Below are positions 1 to 7,340 of a DNA stretch of 64,000 nucleotides, one piece after another. Under the pieces are notes generated by a model. That model was not told where the DNA came from. It did no database searches and was given only the letters and a program-made list of their open reading frames with translations. The translations under genes and the position numbers were made by a program. This DNA comes from Vicinamibacterales bacterium. Lineage in GTDB: Bacteria; Acidobacteriota; Vicinamibacteria; Vicinamibacterales; UBA2999. The stretch's first letter is position 1, and every line of letters begins with the position of its first letter. Where the stretch lies: NCBI GenBank assembly GCA_050183355.1, contig JBFXBH010000003.1:15131-79130 (forward strand), given 5' to 3'.

Positions 1-274
1 CCTCGCCGGCGGCCAGCACCGCGCGGTTGACCTCGGGTGGGGCGGCCGCAACGGCCAGAAACATCCCGTCCAGGTCGGAGGGCTGAAATGCCCGCCGCAC
101 GAACGTCACCGGCAGCGCGGCAGCGCCGGGTGACACGTCCGGCGCCACCATCGTGACGCGCGCGCCGGCCTTCACGAGGCTGGCAGCCTTCCCCGCGCCG
201 ACCGGGCCCGCGCCGACGACGAGGACGCCGCGGCCCGTCAGCTTGAGAAAGAGCGGGAACAGAGGGTCCTGCAT
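1..274 (-). CDS. siroheme-synthase N-terminal-type protein (precorrin-2 dehydrogenase / sirohydrochlorin ferrochelatase); only the 5' part is present because the gene runs off the left edge
   Basis: Absent from the ORF track because there is no stop in the window. My translation from reverse ATG 274 is MQDPLFPLFLKLTGRGVLVVGAGPVGAGKAASLVKAGARVTMVAPDV.... It matches the LPxF..L..R.VLVVGGG.VA.RK Rossmann N-terminus of CysG/SirC. It starts 4 nt after the cysH stop. Confidence 0.6.
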   Translation of the reverse strand, partial: MQDPLFPLFLKLTGRGVLVVGAGPVGAGKAASLVKAGARVTMVAPDVSPGAAALPVTFVRRAFQPSDLDGMFLAVAAAPPEVNRAVLAAGE

Positions 275-278
275 CGGG

Positions 279-1016
279 CTACTTCACCAGCGTGACAGGT
301 GCGACGTGCAGGCCGCACTCCGTCTTGTCGCGGCCCCGCCACCGGCCCGAGCGGATATCCTCTCCGGCGCCGATCGGCGACGTGCACGGCTCGCAGCCGA
401 TGCTCGGGTAGCCCTGGTCGTGCAGCGGGTTGTACGGGACGTCGTGTGCCTTGATGTAGGCCCACACCTCGTCGAGCGTCCAGGCCGCGAGCGGGTTGAT
501 CTTCACCAGCCCGAACGCCTGATCCCACTCCACGACCCTCGCGTGCTTCCGCGTCTCACTCTGCTCGCGGCGGATGCCGGTGATCCACGCCTGCCGGCTG
601 CCCAGTTCGCGCGTGAGCGGCACGACCTTGCGCGCGTGGCAGCACTTGTCCGGCTCGCGCTCCCAGAGGCGATCGATCTCGGGCGCGGTCGGGCCGGCGT
701 CGGGAATCAGGTCGGAGCGCAGCCCCTCGATGCTGAGCCCGTAGCGCTTCTCCAGCTTCGACCACAGCGCGTACGTCTCACGGAAGAGCACGGCGGTGTC
801 GATCGTCTTGATCGCGATGGGCAGCTTGTGCCGGCCGATCACGTCCACCAGCACGCAGTCCTCGGCGCCGAGCGCCGACAGACACACGAGCCCGTCTCCG
901 AAGCGGCCGGCCGCCCAGGTGAGCAGCTCCACCGGGCTCTGGGCCTCGAAGTCGTCGCGGCGGGCGTCGATGTCGGCTGGCAGCATGTCTCCTGCGTCTC
1001 CGTCAGCGGGCGGCAA
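279..1016 (-). CDS. cysH: adenylylsulfate (APS)/PAPS reductase, thioredoxin-dependent
   Basis: 245-aa ORF with the C-terminal KTECGLH motif of the CysH family. The CC pair (PDKCCHARKV) plus CEPC provide the Fe-S ligands typical of APS-type enzymes. It overlaps the thrC2 stop by 14 nt; an alternative ATG lies at 986. Confidence 0.9.
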   Translation of the reverse strand: MPPADGDAGDMLPADIDARRDDFEAQSPVELLTWAAGRFGDGLVCLSALGAEDCVLVDVIGRHKLPIAIKTIDTAVLFRETYALWSKLEKRYGLSIEGLRSDLIPDAGPTAPEIDRLWEREPDKCCHARKVVPLTRELGSRQAWITGIRREQSETRKHARVVEWDQAFGLVKINPLAAWTLDEVWAYIKAHDVPYNPLHDQGYPSIGCEPCTSPIGAGEDIRSGRWRGRDKTECGLHVAPVTLVK

Positions 1017-2247
1017 GGACGGGGGTGCCCGCCATCGCAGCTTCGAAGTCCTTCACGCCCTTGCCGATCTGAATCGATTCGGGCATCCGGTCGCGCATCA
1101 CGTCGGCCGTCTTGTAGCCGTTGCCCGTGATGACGACGACGATGGATTCATCCGGCCGGATCGTGCCGCGCGCGATCAGCTTCTTCGTGCAGGCGAGCGT
1201 GGTGCCGCCGGCAGGCTCCGTGAAGATGCCCTCCGTGTGCGCGAGCAGCTCGATGGCGTCGAGGATCTCGTCATCCGACGCCGCCATGCCGCTGCCGCCC
1301 GTGCGCTTCAGCGACGCGATCACCTGGAAGCCGTCCGCGGGGTTGCCGATCGCGAGCGACTTGGCGATCGTCTGCGGACGGACGGGTTCCGGGAAGTCGA
1401 GACCGGCCTCAAGCGCGTTGATCACCGGCGACGACCCGGCGGGCTGCGCGGCGTGAATCTTCGGCAGGTCGCCTTCGACCAGGCCCAGCTCCCGGAACTC
1501 CTCGAACCCGCGCAGGATGCGCGGGAGCAGCGTGCCGCCGGCGACCGGCGACACCAGGTGATCCGGGAAGCGCCAGCCGAGCTGCTCGGCCACCTCGAAG
1601 CCCATCGTCTTCGCGCCCTCCGCGTAGTAGCTGCGGAGGTTGATGTTCGCGAAGCCCCAGCCGTACCGATCCGCGAGCTGCGTGCACAGGCGGTTGACGT
1701 CGTCGTAGTTGCCGGCGACGGCGAAGACCTTGGGCCCGTAAATGGCCGACCCCAGGACCTTCGACGGCTCCAGGTCGTTCGGGATGAAGACCATGCACTC
1801 AAGGCCGAGCCTGGCCGCGTGCGACGACACGCTGTTCGCGAGGTTGCCCGTCGAGGCGCAGCCGAACACGGTGCAGCCGAACTCGACGGCCTTCGTCGCG
1901 GCCACCGAGACGACGCGGTCCTTGTAGGAGAACGTCGGGTGGTTCACCGAGTCGTCCTTGATGTAGAGCTCGCGGACGCCGAGCGCCTTCGCCAGGCGGT
2001 CCGCCTTCACCAGCGGCGTGAAGCCCGAGTTGAAGCCCGTCTTCGGCTCCTCGACCGGCAGCAGTTCGCGATACCGCCACAGCGAGTGCGGGCGCGACTC
2101 GATCAGCGCGCGCGTCACCACGCCCTTCATGGCTGCGTAGTCGTAGGTGACCTTCAGCGGACCCAGACAGTCGCTGCACACCCACGACGCCTCGGCGGGA
2201 TACCGCTTCCCGCAGAGGTGACACTCCAGACCTGTCACGAAGCTCAT
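1003..2247 (-). CDS. threonine-synthase-family PLP enzyme, second paralog (true substrate and product uncertain)
   Basis: 414 aa with an N-terminal Cys4 ribbon (CHLC...CSDC), the PLP-lysine motif HPTFSYKDR, and ASTGN and GNGYK motifs. It belongs to a different subfamily from the thrC at 3150-4373. Confidence 0.8.
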   Translation of the reverse strand: MSFVTGLECHLCGKRYPAEASWVCSDCLGPLKVTYDYAAMKGVVTRALIESRPHSLWRYRELLPVEEPKTGFNSGFTPLVKADRLAKALGVRELYIKDDSVNHPTFSYKDRVVSVAATKAVEFGCTVFGCASTGNLANSVSSHAARLGLECMVFIPNDLEPSKVLGSAIYGPKVFAVAGNYDDVNRLCTQLADRYGWGFANINLRSYYAEGAKTMGFEVAEQLGWRFPDHLVSPVAGGTLLPRILRGFEEFRELGLVEGDLPKIHAAQPAGSSPVINALEAGLDFPEPVRPQTIAKSLAIGNPADGFQVIASLKRTGGSGMAASDDEILDAIELLAHTEGIFTEPAGGTTLACTKKLIARGTIRPDESIVVVITGNGYKTADVMRDRMPESIQIGKGVKDFEAAMAGTPVLAAR

Positions 2248-2250
2248 CGT

Positions 2251-3156
2251 CTATCCTCTCGCTCCGGCCACCACGGTCTCCACCGCCAGCGGCTCGGCAC
2301 ACACGTCACGCACGGTCACGGGCGTCCCCGATGCCTTGTAGATTGCTTCCAGCTTGCGCGCGATGCGATCGCGCCCGGTCTCGGCGAACGCCACGATCGA
2401 CGGCCCCGCGCCGCTCAGGCACACGCCGAGCAGGTCCGGATCGTCCATCGCCAGCGCAGGCGCCAGTTCGGGAATCAGCGCCGCGCGCTGCGGCTGATGG
2501 AACCGGTCCTTCAGCGCCTCGCGCAGCGACCCGCCGTCACCCGTCGCCACGGCGTGCATCAGCCGGGCCACGCGCTGCAGGTTGAAGATCGCGTCCGCGC
2601 GCGAGTACGTCTGCGGCACGACCTTGCGCGCCTCCTTCGTCGCCAGCGGACGCGCCGGCGTCGCAATCAGCAGGCGGATCGACGCGGGCCACGCCAGCGC
2701 GGCCACGCTGACGCGGCCGTCCTCGTGCTCGAGCGCCGCCACCATCCCGCCGCGGATCGCCGCCGCCGCGTTGTCCGGATGCCCTTCGAGCGCCGTCGCG
2801 GCCGCGAGCAGGTCGTCGTCCGGCAGCGGCGCCACGACGTGCTCGAACAGCCGCAGCCCGGCCACGGTGGCCGCGGCGCTGCTGCCCATCCCGGAGCCGA
2901 TCGGAATCTCGCTCTCGATGTCGATGACGATCGACGGCAGCCCGGCCGGTGCGCGCGCCGCCAGCGAGCGATAGGCCCGCTCGACACCGTTCTCCGCCGG
3001 CACCGGTGGATTCGCGTGGCGCACGGTCACGCGGCCCTGTCCATCCGGCGTCTCGGAGACGAGCCGCACGCGCAGGTACACCTGCACGGCCACGGCGAGC
3101 GTGTCGAATCCGGGGCCGAGGTTGGCCACCGACGCCGGCACGGCGATGGTCAGCAC
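2251..3156 (-). CDS. thrB: homoserine kinase
   Basis: 301 aa with the N-terminal PASVANLGPGFD motif and the GHMP-kinase motif PIGSGMGSSAAA. Confidence 0.9.
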   Translation of the reverse strand: MLTIAVPASVANLGPGFDTLAVAVQVYLRVRLVSETPDGQGRVTVRHANPPVPAENGVERAYRSLAARAPAGLPSIVIDIESEIPIGSGMGSSAAATVAGLRLFEHVVAPLPDDDLLAAATALEGHPDNAAAAIRGGMVAALEHEDGRVSVAALAWPASIRLLIATPARPLATKEARKVVPQTYSRADAIFNLQRVARLMHAVATGDGGSLREALKDRFHQPQRAALIPELAPALAMDDPDLLGVCLSGAGPSIVAFAETGRDRIARKLEAIYKASGTPVTVRDVCAEPLAVETVVAGARG

Positions 3157-4373
3157 CCGCTCTCCACCCGCGCCCGCGCCGCTTCCGGCTCGGGCCTGGA
3201 CTCCGTGGTGCCGGGCTCCTTCAGCAGGTGGCCCGTCAGGATGCAGATGACCCGCTCCTGCTCGCCGATCCAGCCCGACGCCCGGAGCGACTTGACGCCG
3301 GCCAGCGCCGCCGCCGACCCGAGTTCGCAGCCGATGCCGTCACGCCCGATCACCTGTCGCGCCTCGGCGATCTCGTCGTCGGTCACGTCGATGGTCGTGC
3401 CGTTGGTCAGCTTCAGCGCGCGGACGGCCTTGCGCCACGACACCGGGGCGCCGATCCGGATCGCGGTCGCGATCGTCTTCGGGTCCTTGACCGGCGTCAG
3501 CTCCGACGCGCCGCTCCTCCACATCCGCACGAACGGGTTGGCGCCCTCGGCCTGAATGACCGCCACGCGCGGCAGCCGGTCGATGAGCCCCAGCGCCATC
3601 AGATCCTCGAGCGCGACGCCGACCGCCGACACGTTGCCGAGGTTGCCGCCGGGCAGCACGATCACGTCGGGCGCCTTCCAGCCCAGCTGCTCCATCAGCT
3701 CCACGGTGAACGTCTTCTGCCCCGCCACGCGGAACGGGTTGAGCGAGTTGAGGACGTACGTCCTCTCGTCCGCGCCCGCGAGCATGCCGGCCAGCGCGTC
3801 GTCGAAGTTGCCGCCGACCCGCACGAGCTCCGCGCCGTAGGCCTCGGCCTGTGCCACCTTCGCGGAGGCCACCGACTCGGGCAGGAACACGCGCGCCCTG
3901 AGCCCCGCGCGCACGGCGTAGGCGGCCATCGACGCCGCGGTGTTGCCCGTCGACGCGCACGCGACGAATGTCGCGCCACGCACGGCGGCGCGCGTGACGG
4001 CGGCCGTCATGCCGAGGTCCTTGAACGAGCCCGTCGGATTCCAGCCGAGGTGCTTGATGTAGAGGTCGTTGACGCCGGCGAAGCGGCCCGTCGCCAGCCC
4101 CTTCAGCACGGGCGTGTTGCCCTCGCCGAGCGTGACGATGTCGTTGACGCTCTCCGTGAGACCGGCCAGCAGCTCACGGAACCGCCACACGCCGCTTCGG
4201 TCCGCCGGCTCGATCGACGACCGCCGCTCCGACCAGAGCGCCCGCAGCTCGGCGGCCGACATGGCCGGGCGTTCCGGCACGAGCTCGAGCGGCGCGGCGC
4301 ATTCCGGGCACACGCGATCCTCGCGGAGGCGCGACGCCTCGACACCGCAGGGTTTGCTGCACCGCAACTGCAT
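3150..4373 (-). CDS. thrC: threonine synthase
   Basis: The track ORF 3150..4475 is trimmed to ATG 4373 (MQLRCSKPCG...), 2 nt after the hom stop. It has the motifs NPTGSFKDLGM, ASTGNTAAS and LPGGNLGN. Confidence 0.9.
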   Translation of the reverse strand: MQLRCSKPCGVEASRLREDRVCPECAAPLELVPERPAMSAAELRALWSERRSSIEPADRSGVWRFRELLAGLTESVNDIVTLGEGNTPVLKGLATGRFAGVNDLYIKHLGWNPTGSFKDLGMTAAVTRAAVRGATFVACASTGNTAASMAAYAVRAGLRARVFLPESVASAKVAQAEAYGAELVRVGGNFDDALAGMLAGADERTYVLNSLNPFRVAGQKTFTVELMEQLGWKAPDVIVLPGGNLGNVSAVGVALEDLMALGLIDRLPRVAVIQAEGANPFVRMWRSGASELTPVKDPKTIATAIRIGAPVSWRKAVRALKLTNGTTIDVTDDEIAEARQVIGRDGIGCELGSAAALAGVKSLRASGWIGEQERVICILTGHLLKEPGTTESRPEPEAARARVESGC

Positions 4374-4375
4374 GG

Positions 4376-5683
4376 TCACTCTCCAGGGAGCACGGGCATC
4401 ACGAGCACCGGCTCCGCATGGAAATCCTCCGCCTCGATCTCCCGCATCGCCCCGGCAAGCGCCGTCGCCTCGCACGGCTCCACCGTCACGACAAACGGCA
4501 GGTGGTCCTTCGGGAAGCCGGATTCCTGCAGCACGGCGTCCACGTTGATGCCGTGCCGCGCCAGCGCCACCGTGATCGACGCCAGGATCCCGGGCCGGTC
4601 CTTCACGCTGAAGCGCAGGTAGTAGGGCCGCGCCGGCGGGGCGGCCACCGGCGTCGGCGTCCAGGCGGGCTCCACGCCCGACCGGCCCTGCCGCGCGAGC
4701 GCGATGAGGTCCGAGACGACCGCCACGGCCGTCGGGTGTCCCCCGGCGCCCTGTCCGCTGAACGTCGTGTTCGCACCGAACCGTCCGGTCAGCGTGACCA
4801 GGTTCTGCGGGCCCGTGTTGCGCGCGTAGTTCGAGGCGTCCGGCACCAGCGCCGGGCCGACGAAGGCGCGCACGGCGCCGTCGGCGCCCAGCTCCGCCAT
4901 CGAGATCTGCCGGATCGTGCCGCCGAGCCGCTTCGCGTACCGGAAGTCGATCGCGTCGATGCGGCGGATGGAGCCGGTCGGAATGTCGGCCGTCCGGATG
5001 TAGCGCTTGAAGGCCACGCCCACGAGCACGGCGAGCTTCGCGGCCGCGTCATGACCGTCCAGGTCCGACGTCGGGTCCGCTTCGGCGAAGCCGAGCCGCT
5101 GCGCCTCGCCGAGGGCCTCACTCATCGAATCGCCGCCGGTCATCCGGCTGAGGATGTAGTTGCACGTGCCGTTCAGGATGCCGACGACGCGCGTGAACGT
5201 GTCGCCCGCGAGACCCGTGCGGACGGCGTCGATGATCGGCACGCCCCCGGCCACCGCCGCCTCGAAGCGCAGCCGCGCGCCGTTGGCCGCCGCGAGCGCG
5301 AGCAGTTCCGGCGCGTGGGCGGCCAGCAGCAGCTTGTTGGCCGTCACGACCGAGACGCCCTGCCGCAGCGCGGCGGAGACCCAGCCGTACGGGAGGTCGA
5401 CGCCACCCACCGTTTCCACGACGATGTCCGGCTTCAGCGCGAGCACGGCCGCCACGTCGTCCGTCCAGTTCACGGCCGGCGCCACCCAGCCCGCGCGCTT
5501 CTTCTCGACGTGCCGGTTGAAGATCGCCACGAGGGACAGTTCGGAGGCCAGCTCCGGCCGCTCGGTCAGGATGCGGACGACCGACTGTCCGACCGTGCCG
5601 AAGCCCAGCACCGCCACGCGCAGCGGGGCGGCCGCTGCGGGTGCGGCTGACGCCTGCCTGTCCTCTGTCGCCTCTCGTGCCAC
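4376..5683 (-). CDS. hom: homoserine dehydrogenase with C-terminal ACT domain
   Basis: 435 aa with the NAD-binding motif VAVLGFGTVGQ, the motifs ANK...AAVAGGVPII and GILNGTCNYIL, and an ACT-like C-terminus. GTG start preceded by GGAG. Confidence 0.9.
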   Translation of the reverse strand: MAREATEDRQASAAPAAAAPLRVAVLGFGTVGQSVVRILTERPELASELSLVAIFNRHVEKKRAGWVAPAVNWTDDVAAVLALKPDIVVETVGGVDLPYGWVSAALRQGVSVVTANKLLLAAHAPELLALAAANGARLRFEAAVAGGVPIIDAVRTGLAGDTFTRVVGILNGTCNYILSRMTGGDSMSEALGEAQRLGFAEADPTSDLDGHDAAAKLAVLVGVAFKRYIRTADIPTGSIRRIDAIDFRYAKRLGGTIRQISMAELGADGAVRAFVGPALVPDASNYARNTGPQNLVTLTGRFGANTTFSGQGAGGHPTAVAVVSDLIALARQGRSGVEPAWTPTPVAAPPARPYYLRFSVKDRPGILASITVALARHGINVDAVLQESGFPKDHLPFVVTVEPCEATALAGAMREIEAEDFHAEPVLVMPVLPGE

Positions 5684-5724
5684 GTCTGCTCCGAACTCTG
5701 TTCCGAATGCGCTGAAACCGCCCT

Positions 5725-5762
5725 AAAACAAAAAACCCGCCGGACGCTAGTTGGTCGGCGGG
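5725..5762 (-). terminator. intrinsic terminator, 42 nt upstream of the hom start (attenuator terminator)
   Basis: Minus strand: CCCGCCG (5762-5756), a 13-nt loop, CGGCGGG (5742-5736), then TTTTTTGTTTT (5735-5725). Confidence 0.8.
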
Positions 5763-5804
5763 CGGCTGGTCGGCGGGCTTGCTCTCCCGATGTTGGTTGC
5801 GTCC

Positions 5805-5939
5805 CTACTGCTGACCGGGAACGCCCCGGGGCCCGCTTCGACCTGCCGTCGGCATACACCGACAGGTACACCGGTGAATCGTGGTGCGCGTCCGCGTGGT
5901 CGTGGTGCTCCGGCCGAACATCGTGCTCCGATGGTACAC
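5805..5939 (-). CDS. threonine-rich leader peptide (44 aa from GTG 5939, or 38 aa from ATG 5921)
   Basis: Too short for the ORF track. SD AGGGAGG (5944-5950), a 4-nt spacer, then GTG. The peptide is MYHRSTMFGRSTTTTRTRTTIHRCTCRCMPTAGRSGPRGVPGQQ*. The codon run ACC ACG ACC ACG CGG ACG CGC ACC ACG ATT lies at 5906-5877. Confidence 0.65.
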   Translation of the reverse strand: MYHRSTMFGRSTTTTRTRTTIHRCTCRCMPTAGRSGPRGVPGQQ

Positions 5940-6047
5940 CGCGCCTCCCTGCACTGGCAAGCGCCCGGCGGGGCGCCGACCACCCGGAACCGCTTGTCAG
6001 CACACGGCTTACGCCGTCGGGCCGGGCCACGCGTGCGACAATCGGAC

Positions 6048-7340
6048 GTGCCCACGGACGCTCCGGTCGTCGCTCGCGTCACCCGGGCCCTCCGCCACCG
6101 CAACTACCGCCTCTTCTTCGGGGGTCAGTCCATCTCGCTGGCGGGAAGCTGGATCACCCGGATCGCCACGAGCTGGCTCGTCTACCGCCTCACCGGGTCC
6201 GAGCTGCTGCTGGGCGTCGTGGGCTTCTGCGGCCAGATTCCGGCGCTCGTCCTGACCCCGTTTGCGGGCGCGCTGGTGGACCGCGTCGATCGCCGTCAGG
6301 TGCTGCTCGTCGCGCAGTGGCTGTCCGCCGCGCAGTCCGCCGTGCTGGCCGTGCTCACGCTGACCGGGCGCATCACGATCACCGACCTCATCGTGCTGCA
6401 GCTGATCCAGGGCGCGGTCAACGCGTTCGAGATGCCGGCGCGGCAGTCGTTCGTCGTCGAGATGGTCGAGGACCGGCGCGACCTGTCGAACGCCATCGCG
6501 CTGAACTCGATGATGGTCAACGGCAGCCGCGTGCTGGGGCCGTCGATCGGCGGCGTGCTCATCGCGACGGTGGGCGAAGGGTGGTGCTTCGCCGTCGACG
6601 CCGTGAGCTACCTCGGCGTGATCTGGTCGCTGACCGCGATGCGCACCACCCCGGTGGCCCGGCGGGCGCCGGCCCCGGCGCTCGACCAGATCCGCGACGG
6701 CTGGCGCTACGTCCGCACGTCGGTGCCGATCCGGACGTGCCTCATGCTGGTGGCCATCGCCAGCGTGATGGGCATGCCGTACATGGTGCTGATGCCGGTG
6801 ATGGCGAAGGAGGTGCTCGGCGGCGGTCCCAACACGCTCGGGCTGCTGATGGCGTCGGTCGGCGCCGGCGCGCTGGCCTCGGGGCTCTACCTGGCGTCCC
6901 GCGCGTCGGTCCGCGGCCTGAGCCGCGTCATCCTGACGGGCACGGTGCTCTTCGGCGCGGGGTTGACGGGCTTCTCGTTCGCAGGGCATACAGGACTCGC
7001 CGCGGCGACGCTCGCCGTGTCGGGCATGGGGTTCATCTCGCAGATGGCATCGAGCAACACCGTGATTCAGACCGTCGTCGACGAACAGTTCCGCGGACGG
7101 GTGATGGGCTTCTACACGATGGCGATCGTCGGCACGATCCCGGTCGGGAGCCTGCTCGCGGGCGTCGTGGCCGAGCGGCTCGGCGCGCCGCTGACCATCC
7201 GGCTGGGCGGCCTCGTGTGCCTGGCCAGCGCGGTCTGGTTCGCGTTCCGGCTGCCCGAACTGCGGCGGCGCATCCGCGAGATCTACCAGCAGCAGGGCAT
7301 CGTGGCGGCAGACCACGTCGCCGCGGAGGCCGGACAGTGA
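6048..7340 (+). CDS. MFS transporter (EntS/MFS_3-like, 12 TM)
   Basis: The track ORF 5751..7340 is trimmed to GTG 6048 (VPTDAPVVARVTRALRHRNYRLFFGGQSISLAGSWI...). The N-terminal RNYRLFFxGQ motif is typical of this MFS family and the protein is hydrophobic throughout. Confidence 0.8.
   Translation: MPTDAPVVARVTRALRHRNYRLFFGGQSISLAGSWITRIATSWLVYRLTGSELLLGVVGFCGQIPALVLTPFAGALVDRVDRRQVLLVAQWLSAAQSAVLAVLTLTGRITITDLIVLQLIQGAVNAFEMPARQSFVVEMVEDRRDLSNAIALNSMMVNGSRVLGPSIGGVLIATVGEGWCFAVDAVSYLGVIWSLTAMRTTPVARRAPAPALDQIRDGWRYVRTSVPIRTCLMLVAIASVMGMPYMVLMPVMAKEVLGGGPNTLGLLMASVGAGALASGLYLASRASVRGLSRVILTGTVLFGAGLTGFSFAGHTGLAAATLAVSGMGFISQMASSNTVIQTVVDEQFRGRVMGFYTMAIVGTIPVGSLLAGVVAERLGAPLTIRLGGLVCLASAVWFAFRLPELRRRIREIYQQQGIVAADHVAAEAGQ

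Larger units (their letters stand above)
5725..5950 (-). promoter_or_regulatory. putative ribosome-mediated transcription attenuator of the hom-thrC-thrB operon
   Basis: A leader ORF with a Thr/Ile codon run, mutually exclusive hairpins (5867-5841; 5843-5832 with 5762-5753) and a terminator. See the finding for details. Confidence 0.6.

Noticed and set aside
796-3555. A 919-aa plus-strand ORF, and similar giants at 2949..4622, 34657..39291 (1544 aa), 39884..42418, 46752..50069, 49861..52068, 9408..11903 and 20839..22707.
   Set aside because: They are antisense or off-frame shadows of genes with clear family motifs. Their translations are dominated by R/A/G/P/H/D runs with no recognisable domains. 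Stop codons are rare in ~70% GC DNA, so long open frames are expected by chance.
5930-5943. Plus-strand GATGGTACACCGCG, which resembles the T-box core (GGUGGUACCGCG), upstream of the MFS gene.
   Set aside because: It has an extra base relative to the consensus. No Stem I, specifier or terminator context exists on the plus strand. The segment is better explained as the translation-initiation region of the minus-strand Thr leader.
5566-6103. Track ORFs 5566..6030 and 5747..6103 (minus strand) covering the hom upstream region.
   Set aside because: Their translations are R/P/A-rich and low-complexity. They span the terminator and the tandem repeat. The third frame contains the short Thr-rich leader, which fits the RNA structures.
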